Positions 1 to 15,787 of a DNA stretch of 64,000 bases are shown here, piece by piece (the first letter of the stretch is position 1; each line of letters begins with the position of its first letter). Location: the NCBI GenBank assembly GCA_964016885.1, contig OZ024745.1:91450001-91514000 (forward strand). The letters run 5' to 3'. The DNA is from Eledone cirrhosa. Taxonomy: Eukaryota. The translations under genes and the position numbers were made by a program. A model generated the notes under the pieces. That model was not told the origin of the DNA. It saw only the letters and a program-made list of their open reading frames with translations, and did no database searches.

Positions 1-69
1 ATATATATATATATATACACACACACATATATACAAACATACACATACATACATGTACATATACACATG

Positions 70-125
<56 letters not shown>

Positions 126-177
126 CATATATATATACACACACACATACAAACATACACACATCCATACATATATG

Positions 178-218
<41 letters not shown>

Positions 219-339
219 ACACCCACATACATATATACCCACACGTACATACATCCATACATCCCTACACACATATGTGTGTGTCTCACCGTTCATTCAG
301 ATATTCATGTGTATACATAATAAGAGGGGGGGGGGGTAG

Positions 340-630
340 TGAAATGGAATTTTACCTCCGAGTGTTAATTCATTTTTTCGTGTTCAGTAGTGGTTTAAAG
401 TTTTCAATGAAGAATTCTTCTTTATATCTGCGGAAATGTTCGTTATCCGACCATATCTTGAAGAAAGGGAAGATTGTGAATTTTCCCTTCCCGCATGATG
501 CAAAGTGTGCGCTACATGTGGTATTTCTGACTTTGGGGTCTTTAATCTGTTGTTTATGTACCCGGACTCTATCATGTAATCCCATCCGGTTTCCCCAATG
601 TAATACTCTTTACACTGTGGACATGTTGCG
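340..630 (-). mobile_element. Penelope-like element GIY-YIG endonuclease remnant (frameshifted)
   Basis: [16 protein letters not shown] then, in another frame, [15 protein letters not shown]...CSAHF...[17 protein letters not shown]. Confidence 0.85.
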
Positions 631-632
631 CA

Positions 633-668
<36 letters not shown>

Positions 669-679
669 ATGTGTATATG

Positions 680-746
<67 letters not shown>

Positions 747-779
747 ATGTGTATATATGTGTGTATATATATATATATA

Positions 780-2990
<2,211 letters not shown>

Positions 2991-3092
2991 GGATGTATAT
3001 ATAATATATTTTGCAATACACTTTATGCTTAATTAAAAGCATTTTGAAGACCGTAAGCTATTGTTTTAAAGTAGTGACAAATTCACTTACTT

Positions 3093-3187
3093 TGATCTCA
3101 GCAAACAGGGGAGATAAGCTGACAAGTCTTGTTTCGCTTTGGTTGAAGCTTATCAAGGCCAACTACCCCTCCTGTCTACCGAGATCA
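3093..3187 (-). ncRNA. Type I hammerhead ribozyme, U3-A8 core variant (family A)
   Basis: Minus strand: UUGAUAA - GCUU caacca AAGC - GAA - ACAA gac UUGU - C (GUC site); long stem I ugaucucgguagacagg/ccuguuugcugagauca. Confidence 0.7.
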
Positions 3188-3292
3188 TTGATGTTATATT
3201 CTTATAGAAATCTAGTAAATAATCAGGAGCTGATTATGCAGAGCGGTTGTTGGTCAGGCAAAAATATATATATGTATATAGATATATATATG

Positions 3293-3337
<45 letters not shown>

Positions 3338-3393
3338 GTATATGTATATATATATATGTATATATATGTATATATATATATATGTATATATAC

Positions 3394-3444
<51 letters not shown>

Positions 3445-3472
3445 TGTATATATAAATATATATATATGTATA

Positions 3473-3517
<45 letters not shown>

Positions 3518-3562
3518 GTATATACAATATGTATATATATACGTATATATGTATATATATAC

Positions 3563-3624
<62 letters not shown>

Positions 3625-3635
3625 GTATATTGACA

Positions 3636-3830
3636 TTGCACTCAGTGCTCCTTTGGGAGCCCCTACATGGACACACTAGAAGAGGAAGACCAAGGTTAAC
3701 ATATGTTGATGCCCTAAGGACAGACACTGGTCTGTTGGAGATGCAGGATATGACAGCGATAATGAGGGACAGAAACCGCTGGAGAGAACTCGTCCATGGA
3801 TCTCGGGAATTTTACCTGCCTTAGGTTGAT
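3636..3830 (+). mobile_element. RTE LINE 3' fragment
   Basis: [29 protein letters not shown]...[11 protein letters not shown], typical RTE C-terminus. Confidence 0.8.
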
Positions 3831-4204
3831 ATATATATATATATATATATACGTATATATATACAGATTTTATATACGTATATATAGTAGAATAATCGAG
3901 TATCGAAAAATCGGCGCACGAGTTCACGATAAACAAAATTCGACATGAGTGGCAGAGGGCTCAATAATTCAGAGAAATCAGAGCTATAACTATCGTTAAA
4001 ATACCAACACACATAGATTATGTCTAAAATCAACCATACGACCGAAAAATTACGATCAGGAAGATTCGGGTCACTCAGATAAAATATCAATAAATCAATA
4101 AATCATGTGAATGTAAAAAGCTTACCCGGACCCACTAGAAAGATGGTATACAGATTGTATATACGTATATATATACATATATATACAGACTGTATATACG
4201 TATA

Positions 4205-4283
<79 letters not shown>

Positions 4284-4482
4284 GTATTGGTAAACGAAAT
4301 AGAAAATGCTGACAAATTGTTCACAGTTGAAAAATGGTTTAATTAGGAATAAAAGAGTATTAGTGATTGTATGGGTTAGTATTCAGTTGTGGTTTTAAGT
4401 TTTTAAGTTTTTACCGGTTGCGCATTTCTAAATGCTTTTCAAAAATAATTTTGAGATAGAGTGTCCGTGCTGTTTGCTCTGA

Positions 4483-5719
<1,237 letters not shown>

Positions 5720-7656
5720 TATTGAATGGGTTGTATTACCCGTATAGAAAGCCGAATGATACGCTTAATTACATAAGTAAGCATTCCAACCACCCTGCCA
5801 GCATAACCAAGAACCTGGTAAAAAAACGTTTCGTTGAGGCTTTCCCGTCTTTCCACCAACAAGCGCATTTTCAACGACCATTCCACTTATTACAATGAAG
5901 CTCTTGCTCGAAGTGGATTTGTCGATAAGGTAGCATATACAGAGTACGAAAATAGACCTAGAAGAAATAGATCCTGTCGCATTTGTTGGTTTAACCCACC
6001 ATATAATATGGAGGTGGCCACACCATTAGCTAAGATCTTTCTTTCCCTTATTACGAAGCATTTTCCCCCTACACATAAATATAGTAACATTTTTAATAGA
6101 AATACTATTAAAATTTCTTACTCTACGACTCCTAACCTTGCACATAACATCACAGCTTCAAATTTAGCTAAACTACCTAGCCGTAGGAACACGTGCAACC
6201 CTGTAGTTAGTACTAACTGTAATTGTAGGAATCGGGCTGATTGCCCCCTATCCGGGAAATGCCTCTCTAGTAACATTGTCTACAAATGTAAGGTTGTAAC
6301 ACCCACGTCCCGTAGGGCCTACATAGGGTTAACCGCCAATAGTTTCAAGCAGCGTCTTTACATGCATACCCATTCTTTTCGTTACCCTCTAAGAAGGAAT
6401 ATGACGTCACTTTCAGCTTATATCTGGAGTCTAAAAGACAACCACACCCAATATAAGTTACACTGGGAGATCCTAGCTAGGACTAGATCGTATAACGGAA
6501 ATAAAAGACCATGTGACCTTTGCGCCGCTGAGGCCCTGGAAATACTCTACGCCACAGACCACATCTTAAACAAAAAATCTGAGGCAATTTCGGCTTGTAA
6601 ACATAAATTGCACAAAACTTTCCTGTATTACAGCCCCACGTTATACCCTAACGGATAGCACGATCTATACGTGGATATTTTAGGTCTTGATGTGGGAGCT
6701 AAGTATATGTTTTGTTTATTCCTTTACTTATTTGCATAGGTAAGTATATATTACCCGTATGTTTTGTGAAGGTATGTATACCTTCTCGTACGTATATTTG
6801 ACTGTTATGGCGTATAATTTTTACATATTCTGGTATTTAGGGTTTGGCTATGTGTATACGGGAGTTTTGCGTCTGCGTGAGTATGCAGGTTCGTACGTAT
6901 GGTGGGTGTGTGTATATGTGTACTTCTTGTTTTAGTTGACTTACGTCTCCGAACATTCGTGTATTTATTTGTAGGTATGTGTGTGCGCTTGTTATATACG
7001 TATTTATTTACTTATATACGTTTATATAATTATTTATTTATTTGTACACAAGCATACACACACACACATATTTATATGTGCGTAGTTTTGTATACCTATG
7101 GTAAGGTTTTCGCGTATGCTTGTGTATGTACGTATCTGTTTGCGTGTATGTATTTATTTGTTTCTATTACTTCTGTATTGTATTTATTTACTTTGTTCTT
7201 AACTCTGTAGCGGAGATTCATTTGGTCTCCTAGTTAGAATTTTAGTCTACAACTTCTGCTATACCATTTACGTGGTTTTGTCTTCGCGTGCTATTGTTCT
7301 CCACGCTCCACATATGACTTATTATCTTCGTTTTTTCGTTCATTGCCAGAGAACGTCTCTATGCACCACCTAAGAGAACATTAGTCTACGACCTCTTTTA
7401 TACCATAAACGTGGTTCTGTCTTTGCGCGTAATTGTTTTTCACCGCTCCTATTAATGACGTATTATATTCGTATTTTCCCGTTCTTTGCCAGGGAACGTT
7501 TCCACAAACCAAAGTATCGTCTTCCTGTCTTCTTCCGGTTGCAACGTTTTTTGAAATATCCAGTTCTGCGTTTACAGATTGACTTTGTTAGTTTCAGAAG
7601 ATCCCGTTAAGAGTGAAAGCAGCGATTCTTTGCTTAAACTTTAATCTGTTATTTTA

Positions 7657-7660
<4 letters not shown>
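5720..7660 (+). mobile_element. Penelope-like element, 5'-truncated: RT thumb, GIY-YIG endonuclease and 3' pseudo-LTR
   Basis: [15 protein letters not shown], frameshift, WFNPPY, CNCRNRADCPLSGKC, NIVY...YIGLT...FKQRLYMH, CDLC..E, LNKKSE; ORF 5834-6658. Confidence 0.9.
7590..7640 (+). ncRNA. Hammerhead-like motif with A4 core variant at the PLE 3' end (family B)
   Basis: AGUUU - CAGAAGA - U CCC guuaa GAG U - GAA - AGCA gcgauucuu UGCU - U - AAACU. Confidence 0.6.
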
Positions 7661-7701
<41 letters not shown>

Positions 7702-7775
7702 CATCAGTCATACAAAAGTGAGTTACAAACGAAACGAAATTAATTTCGTTTCGTTATTTGTTTTTATATATATAC

Positions 7776-7924
<149 letters not shown>

Positions 7925-7937
7925 TAACAGATTAAAG

Positions 7938-7976
<39 letters not shown>

Positions 7977-7989
7977 TAACAGATTAAAG

Positions 7990-8059
<70 letters not shown>

Positions 8060-8152
8060 ATACTTTGGGAGGGTCATGTTGCCAAAGTATAACAATATCG
8101 GTTTCAACACACGATTTCAGATAAAGAATCTTGCTAAACAAATTCAGAAACG

Positions 8153-8200
<48 letters not shown>

Positions 8201-8216
8201 TAAAATAACAGATTAA

Positions 8217-8267
8217 AGTTTAAGCAAAGAATCGCTGCTTTCACTCTTAACGGGATCTTCTGAAACT
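8217..8267 (-). ncRNA. Mirror copy of the family B hammerhead-like motif
   Basis: Reverse complement of 7590-7640. Confidence 0.55.
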
Positions 8268-8923
8268 AACAAAGTCAATCTATAAACGCAGAACTGGATA
8301 TTTCAAAAAACGTTGCAACCGGAGGAAGACAGGAAGACGATACTTTGGTTCGTGGAAACGTTCGCTGGCAAAGAACGGGAAAAAACGAATATAATACGTC
8401 ATTAATAGGAGCGCAGAAAAACAATTACGCGCAAAGACAGAACCACATTTATGGTATAAAAGAGGTCGTAGACTAATGTTCTCTTAGGTGGTGCATAGAG
8501 ACGTTCTCTGGCAATGAACGAAAAAAATGAAGATAATACGTCATATGTGGACCGTGGAGAACAATAGCACGCAAAGACAAAACCACGTAAATGGTATAGC
8601 TGAAGTTGTAGACTAAATTCTAACTAGGAGACCGAATGAATCTCCGCTACGGAGTTAAGAACAAAGTAAATAAATACAATACAGAAGTAATAGAAATAAA
8701 TAAATACATACACGCAAACAGAAACGTACATACACAAGCATACGCAAAACCTTACCATAGGTATACAAAACCACGCACATATAAATATGTGTGTGTGTGT
8801 GTAAGCGTGTATACAAATAAATAATTATATATACGTATATATATATATATATATATATATATACTATTGGCGCTCTGAAATATATGAATGTATATATAGT
8901 AGTGACAGTCTCACTTACTTTAA

Positions 8924-9017
8924 ATTTTCAGCAAACAGGGGGAGATAAAGCTGACAGAGCTGTTTCGAACTGATTGGTACTTATCAAAGCCAAGTACCCC
9001 ACCTGTTTGCTGAAAAT
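8924..9017 (-). ncRNA. Type I hammerhead, U3-A8 variant (family A, copy 2)
   Basis: GGCU - UUGAUAA - stem II - GAA - ACAG cu CUGU - C - AGCU; distal stem I uuuucagcaaacagg/ccuguuugcugaaaa is perfect. Confidence 0.72.
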
Positions 9018-9695
9018 CATGAATGTTTGATTCTTATAGAATTTCTAGTAATAATCAGGAACTGATTATACAGAGCGGTTGCCGGTCAAGCTGAAATTGA
9101 AAATTAGAATTGGCGCTCTGAAATAGCTATATATATATGAATGTATATATAGTGTATTTTGCAATACACTGTATGCTTAATTAAAAGCATTTTGATGAAA
9201 ATTTACAGTAAGTGTGACTGTCACTACTCTAAAACAATAGCATAAGGTCTTCGAGGGGAACGGATAAATGAACACTGGCGAGACCTTTAAGATAGTAAAG
9301 AATCATCTGTACTCTACCAACATGCTAAAATAGAACACAGGGGTAAATTAGAGAACATAGAAATAAAAATAGAATCTACACACAGAAAAGACGCAATGTT
9401 TAGACAAATTACAGAGGCAATAAACATAAAAGAATTACAACCAAAATTAAATAGAAAATATGAGTGGAACAGCAACATCACAACTTACAATTAAGGACAA
9501 AATGAAAACACACACACACATAGAACAAACAACCAACCAGTAAAATGTAAATAAACAAATAAATAAATGAACATAAACACACACAGACACCCGGATGTGG
9601 CACATGCGCAGACTGAGCACACAACACACACACAGAAACAAAATGGCGTAGGACAGAACAACGGAGAGGCACAGAAACAAAGAAAGGAATCCCCA

Positions 9696-9738
9696 GTCAC
9701 TGAAGAGGTCACAGAGTGTGTGACGAAAGAACTATGAC
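9696..9738 (+). ncRNA. Minimal type I hammerhead in the 5' pseudo-LTR (family C)
   Basis: GUCA - CUGAAGA - G GUCACA gagug UGUGAC - GAA - AG aa CU - A - UGAC. Confidence 0.78.
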
Positions 9739-9941
9739 AATATATAAACAACTATCTGGTTGTGGAACCAACCAACCAACCAGAAATTTATAAATTTATT
9801 ATAAATTTATTATAATAAATTGAAGTGAAAGCAACTGGTGCGTGTGTTTCTTATTGGCAACATGACCCTCCCAAAGTATAACAATATCGGTTTCAACACA
9901 CGATTTCAGATAAAGAATCTTGCTTAACAAATTCAGAAACG

Positions 9942-10000
<59 letters not shown>

Positions 10001-11723
10001 TTATGCTATATACTACATTTCTAGTTTTACAGTTAATATGGGGGCTTAGTTTACAGATTATACATTTTTTATCTATACAGGGAGGTCTTTGAAAAGGTAT
10101 ATAAGTTTAATTTTAAGTCTATTGTCCCACCATACCATGAATAGGTTAGCTATGTCACCTGCAATGCTAACACCAATGGCTGCTCCCTCCTCTTGGGCAT
10201 ATGTTTTTCCATAAAATTTGAACATATGTTCCTGGGGGCCAGTATAAAATTAAGCCTTAAGGAACATATGTTCAAATTTAATGGAAAAACATATGCCCAA
10301 GCGGAGGGAGCAGCCATTGGTGTTAGCATTGCAGGTGACATAGCTAACCTATTCATGGTATGGTGGGACTTAAACTTAAACTTAAAGAACAATTAGAAGA
10401 CAGCAACCTCTTAACCCTGATAATGTACTCCCACTACGTTGATTATATAAACATCGTAGTAAAAACACCCCCACTAGAGAACAGTCAGGAATTAGAGAAA
10501 AACACCATGGAAAGCATCCAGCAAATAGCTAACTCCATCCACCAGAGTATTAGAGTTACTATAGACTACCCAAGCAAACACCCCAACCATCGATTACCTG
10601 TACAAGACACAGAGCTCTGGTTAGATACCATTAATAACAAAAAACAAATCCTCCATTCCCATTATGCCAAACCCATGACTTCCAAATATCTGATCCACCG
10701 AAACACAGCTGTTTCGGACCATACCAAAATCAACATACTGATTGCGGATTTGGTACGAGTGATGAGAAATGTGTCCCGCATGTGCAACCCCAAAGAACTA
10801 GAGAGACACATACAACACTTCATCCACCGTATGCAGTTCTCTGGTTACAATCAGAGAGATAAAATCAGAGTATATAGAGGAGCCAGAACCAAATGGGAAA
10901 AAATGGTAAATAATGGTAAATAATGACACACCTGCCCCTTGTATTGGAGCAAATTTTGGAATAGAATAGAAAGAACTAGGAATAAGGTTAATAGAATAAA
11001 CTCATGGTATGATAGCAATACATACCAGAGTGTAATGTACATCGATACAACCCCTAGAGGTGAATTAGCTTACAAATTTAGAAGTGTCCTAGATAAACAT
11101 AAACTCAATATTAAGATAGTAGAAAGACCAGGTACCTTTTCAAAGACCTCCCTGTATAGATAAGAAATGTATAATCTGTAAACTAAGCCCCCATATTAAC
11201 TGTAAAACTAGAAATGTAGTATATAGCATAAGATGTACTGAAGGACAATGTAGAGATAAGAATATAGTGTACACAGGTAAGACAGCTCGTAGTATAGGGG
11301 AACGGATAAATGAACACTGGTGAGAGCTTCAAGATAGTAAAGAATCATCTGTACTCCACCAACATGCTAAAATAGAACATAAAGGTAAATTAGAGAACAT
11401 AGAAATAAAAATAGAATCTACACACAGAAAAGACGCAATGTTTAGACAAATCACAGAGGCAATAAACATAAATGAACTCCAACCAAAATTAAACAGAAAA
11501 TATGAATGGAACAGCAACATCACAATTTACAATTAAGGACAAAATGAAAACGCACACACACATAGAACAAACAACCAACCAGTAACATATAAATAAACAA
11601 ATATAAACACACACAGACACCCGGATGTAACACATGCGCAAACTAAGCACACAACACACACAAAAACAAGATGGCGTAGGACAGAACAAAGGAGAGGCAC
11701 AAAAACAAAGAAAAGAATCCCCA

Positions 11724-11766
11724 GTCACTGAAGAGGTCACAGAATGTGTGACGAAAGAACTTCGAC
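11724..11766 (+). ncRNA. Minimal hammerhead in the 3' pseudo-LTR (family C)
   Basis: gtcaCTGAAGAggtcacagaatgtgtgacGAAAgaacttcgac; changes near the cleavage site. Confidence 0.68.
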
Positions 11767-12006
11767 AATATATGAACAATCGTATGGTTGTGGAGCCAAC
11801 CAACTTTATAAATTTATAAATTTATAAATTTATAAATTCCTAAATTCCAAAATTTAATTTATAATAAATTGAAGTGAAAGTAACTGGTGCGTGGTTTCTT
11901 ATTGGGAACATGACCCTCCCAAAGCATAACAATATCGATTTCAACACACGTTTTCACATAAAGAATCTTGCTAAACAAATTCAGAAACGATATATATATA
12001 TATACG

Positions 12007-12037
<31 letters not shown>

Positions 12038-12055
12038 GTATATAGAATCGTTCAT

Positions 12056-12090
<35 letters not shown>

Positions 12091-12365
12091 GTATATATAT
12101 AATATATATATATATACACGTATATATATAATATATATATATATATATACGTATATATATATATACGTATATATATATATATATATACGTATATATATAT
12201 ATACGTATATATATATACTTATATATGTATATATATACGTATATATATATATATGTATATATATATATAAGTATATATATATATATATAAGTATATATAT
12301 ATATACGTATATATATATATACGTAGAGATATATAGTTATATATGTATATATATACGTATATATA

Positions 12366-12912
12366 TGGTGGCTGCCAACTCGTTTTCGAGTACGGCCACT
12401 ACTCTATATCCATGTAGGAGAACCCCTACCGATGCGCTGAACGACTGTGACTTTTTAGTCCAGCCAGCGACTTGAAAACTCTGGTACAAACACTACACTT
12501 GTGACAATTATTGACACATAGTGCTGGGCCCATGGTACCATGTGACGACAAGTGCAGAGAGATCTCCAGATATAAAGCAATGCCTGTGCCGTGAAGCTTT
12601 TATAGTGAGCAAAGGCACTGCACAAAGCCAGTCCCACTCTCTTAACCAAGATGATATTTACCAAAAAGAAGAACAAGTCAACATCATTGGATACCATCAG
12701 GGTTGCAGGTGTTATATCAGAGTTTTCCTTCTCCTAGAATTCTGCCTTGACAAAGGCTAAGGGGTCATCTCTCCCGGTGATTTTGGATGGCCATTGACTC
12801 TTAAGAGCTCCTTTGCCCTTTGACAGGTTTTGTTTTTAGTCCTGCAGGATGTCCAAAGTCACCCTCCTCACCAAGAAACCTTGGTGGGGTTGCCAGTTTA
12901 GTCGCCAACGAC
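12366..12912 (-). mobile_element. Internally deleted non-autonomous RTE derivative
   Basis: Shares blocks with 16977-17590; 3' part encodes [14 protein letters not shown] like the RTE end at 13467-14195, with the same terminal motif. Confidence 0.65.
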
Positions 12913-13034
12913 ACGTATATATATATACATATATATATATACGTATATATATACATATATAAGTATATATATATATATACGTATATACGTATATATATAC
13001 ATATATAAGTATATATATATATATATATATATAC

Positions 13035-13064
<30 letters not shown>

Positions 13065-13068
<4 letters not shown>

Positions 13069-13204
13069 TTAATATAGATGAGATTCTACAGGACTAGAAC
13101 TGTTTCATTCATTTGAAATCATCAGGAATCTGGGCCCAGATTCCTGATGATTTCAAATGAATGAAACAGTTCTAGTCCTGTAGAATCTCATCTATATTAA
13201 AACT
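13065..13204. repeat. Perfect 140-bp palindrome (centre ggg|ccc) holding two back-to-back hammerheads
   Basis: Self-complementary across the axis 13134/13135 with no spacer. Confidence 0.95.
13138..13188 (+). ncRNA. Type I hammerhead ribozyme (family D); mirror copy at 13081-13131 on the minus strand
   Basis: AGAUUC - CUGAUGA - U UUC aaau GAA U - GAA - ACAG uucuaguc CUGU - A - GAAUCU; GUA site, predicted cut after 13182. Confidence 0.85.
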
Positions 13205-13270
13205 GTTATACTCTGCTATGTATTGAGTACCTTACTTACTGTGGTTACCTCCGATTCAACCCGGAATAAC

Positions 13271-13333
<63 letters not shown>

Positions 13334-13426
13334 TATATATATATATATACGTGTATATATATATATATATATAAGTATATATATATATATATACGTATAT
13401 ATATATAAGTATATATATATATATAC

Positions 13427-13465
<39 letters not shown>

Positions 13466-13467
<2 letters not shown>

Positions 13468-14195
13468 ATGAAGGATTCTAGAATACCAAAACAACTCTTT
13501 TATGGGGAGTTAGTTAAAGGAAAACGACGGCCACATAAACCAAAAAATAGGTATGAGGAATCCTTGAAAGACGCTAACATCTCTGCTGATACATGGGGAA
13601 ATGTTGCTGCTGATCGTAATAAATGGAGAAAGACTGTATATGAGGGAAAAGTTGCCCTTGAGGCATCTCGAATCGCATACGAGAAAGTAAAGCGGGATGT
13701 GAGGAAGGGCATTGCTGTTGCACTTGAAGACGGCGAGGGTCCTCATATGGTGCCGACATGCAGCGTCTGTGCGAGACTCTGCCTAAGCAAAGCTAGACTC
13801 GAAAGTCATCTTCGCAGTCATAAAATAAGACCAGTGGTTGACTACCAGGCTGCTGTTGGAGATGCTACTCATCATTCTTGCCAAACATGTGGTAGAGAAT
13901 GTAAATCAGTAGGATGGCTCAAACGACATGCAAAAGTACATAAACTCCAACCACAGCCGGCTATTCCCAGTGAATGTTTTGGTTGCCGACTCTATGCAAG
14001 ACATTTTAGATCATTAGCTGGGCTAAAAAGCCACATTCAATCGCAGCGCTGTTAATTGCTATCGTGTGTGTGTGTGTGTGTGTATATATGTATATTATTA
14101 TTGTTGATTGTTGTTATTATTATTATTATTGTTATTATGTTGTTTTTTTTTCTCGTGCAATGGCCATACTCGATAACGAGGAGGCAGTCATCATA
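13466..14195 (+). mobile_element. RTE LINE 3' fragment with C-terminal C2H2 zinc fingers
   Basis: [14 protein letters not shown]...KP..RY, AADRNKWR, then CSVC..H, CQTC..HAKVH and a third degenerate finger; 3' end ...ctcgataacgaggaggcagtcatcat. Confidence 0.85.
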
Positions 14196-14989
14196 TATAT
14201 ATATATTTTTTTCATTTATATATATATACGTACGTATATATACGTATATATATATATATATATTAAAATACAAATATTAATAAAATAGATGTTCTTTTGA
14301 TCAATTACATATATATATATATATACGTACGTATATTATCTTATCTGCACAAATCCTAGCCTTAGACATACAGTTCATTTTATAGACATGTATAGAGAAA
14401 TAGTTTAACTTTAATTGCGTGTTGTATTTGTGAGGTTCATAATAATTAACTATTTATTACGCCGAGGTTAGTATTGCATATAAATGAAAGGTATAGAAAG
14501 TATTGTAGCAAGAAGCCAACAGTATTCCATAATATATATATATACACGTACGTATATATATATGTGTGTGTGTGTATATATGTGTGTGTGTGTGTATATA
14601 TTTGAATGTAACACGTGTCTGTTTCCGCATTTACGTCGGTATCAATGTTTTAATGCGTGTTTATATTTGTATATGTATACAAAATTTGTTGTCCCATTAA
14701 TGTTAAACTCCTCTAGAAAATAAACAGGATTTATTCATTATATAAATTATATTCAACAACCAAAATAGTGTGTATGCGGGGGGCGGGGAGACGCATACAC
14801 TCAATCACACATCACAAGGAGCCCTGCAGTTTCTAATAATTTTTGAGGCAAGCCAAGCGCCAAAGGGCTCTTAAGGACAGATGTTTAGATGTTAAGCGAG
14901 TAAGATAATTTTTCGCCAATTTGCAAATAACATTCCTATGAGATGTGGTATATATTTCCCGACAACTAGGAAAAATATTTCATTACTCT

Positions 14990-15272
14990 TTTGCTCTTTC
15001 CTACATCCCGGATACTGCAGTAAAGTTCAGCTTAGCTGCATCAGTAGCCGAACGGAATAAAATTCTAAAATACCAGGAATTACCGGCGGACTATTTTTTT
15101 TTTTCCAGTCTGTGATATTTCGAGATATTTGGGAGAGCTGGAACCGAGTCCTTGTCATTGTTCGGTGCTCGCCTTACCATGGTATTAAGTGATTCCTGCG
15201 ACAGTGCTTGGTTATTTCAGCGCCTTAACCTCGCTATTACCAGCGACAATACTGCAAGTGGGTTGACTTAAA
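14990..15272 (+). mobile_element. CRE-type non-LTR retrotransposon restriction-like endonuclease remnant
   Basis: Manual translation: AASVAERNKILKYQELPADYFFFPV / FEIFGRAG...WLFQRLNLAITSDNTAS*, matching the AE..K..KY...F.P..FE..G...FQRLS.A..RGNA pattern. Confidence 0.75.
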
Positions 15273-15649
15273 TTTATTTAAGGGCAGCTCTAGTGCCCCT
15301 TGTTGTGTGTAATGGAGTGTGTTAGTCTTTCATAGCTCTCACTTTCCTTTTATCTAATTTTGTATATGTTTTATTATATAAGTCGCATTAACTACGTGAT
15401 ATCCATAAAAAGAACTTAACATTTGAAAATATAAAATAGAAAATAAAGTGTCCTCGTCAAATACACATTGTTCTACTGTTGTTGAACTCACAATCAAGTT
15501 TGGAATGAAGAATTGTGTTCTTGTAGATTAAGGAATTAAATTTAATACAGAGCAGCGAATGAAAATAACCGTGCGTTACATTTTATTCTCAGTTGTATTA
15601 ATAACATTACAAATTGTTTATAATTCTTGCAGAATGAAAATATCAACAC

Positions 15650-15787
15650 AAATAATGGTTTCTGATTTAGGCACAAGGCCAACAATTCTGGTGGGAGGGG
15701 AAAGTCGAATAAATCGAATCCAGTGCGTTACTGGTACTTTATTTTATCGACACCGTAAGGATGAAATGCAATACTAACCTCGGCGTA
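15650..15787 (-). mobile_element. SINE fragment (same family as 41161-41735)
   Basis: ggcacaaggcca...ctggtactttattttatcga..ccgtaaggatgaaa. Confidence 0.75.

Larger units (their letters stand above)
9254..11990 (+). mobile_element. Penelope-like element with direct pseudo-LTRs (9254-9945 and 11296-11990), degenerate RT-EN and inverted 5' segment
   Basis: FKFNGKTYAQAEGAAIG..IANLFM, YSHYVDY (YVDD-like), HYAKPM, MQFSGY, C..C..C linker, NVVYSIRC..YTGKTARSIGERINEH; the two terminal segments are direct repeats. Confidence 0.9.

Noticed and set aside
5834-6658. Selenoprotein-encoding PLE (as reported for some Naiad elements) linked to PSTK
   Set aside because: No in-frame TGA in this ORF; Cys positions use TGT/TGC; proximity to PSTK is probably chance
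13468-14055. Host C2H2 zinc-finger gene
   Set aside because: Fingers follow RTE C-terminal motifs and a LINE 3' end; no splice structure
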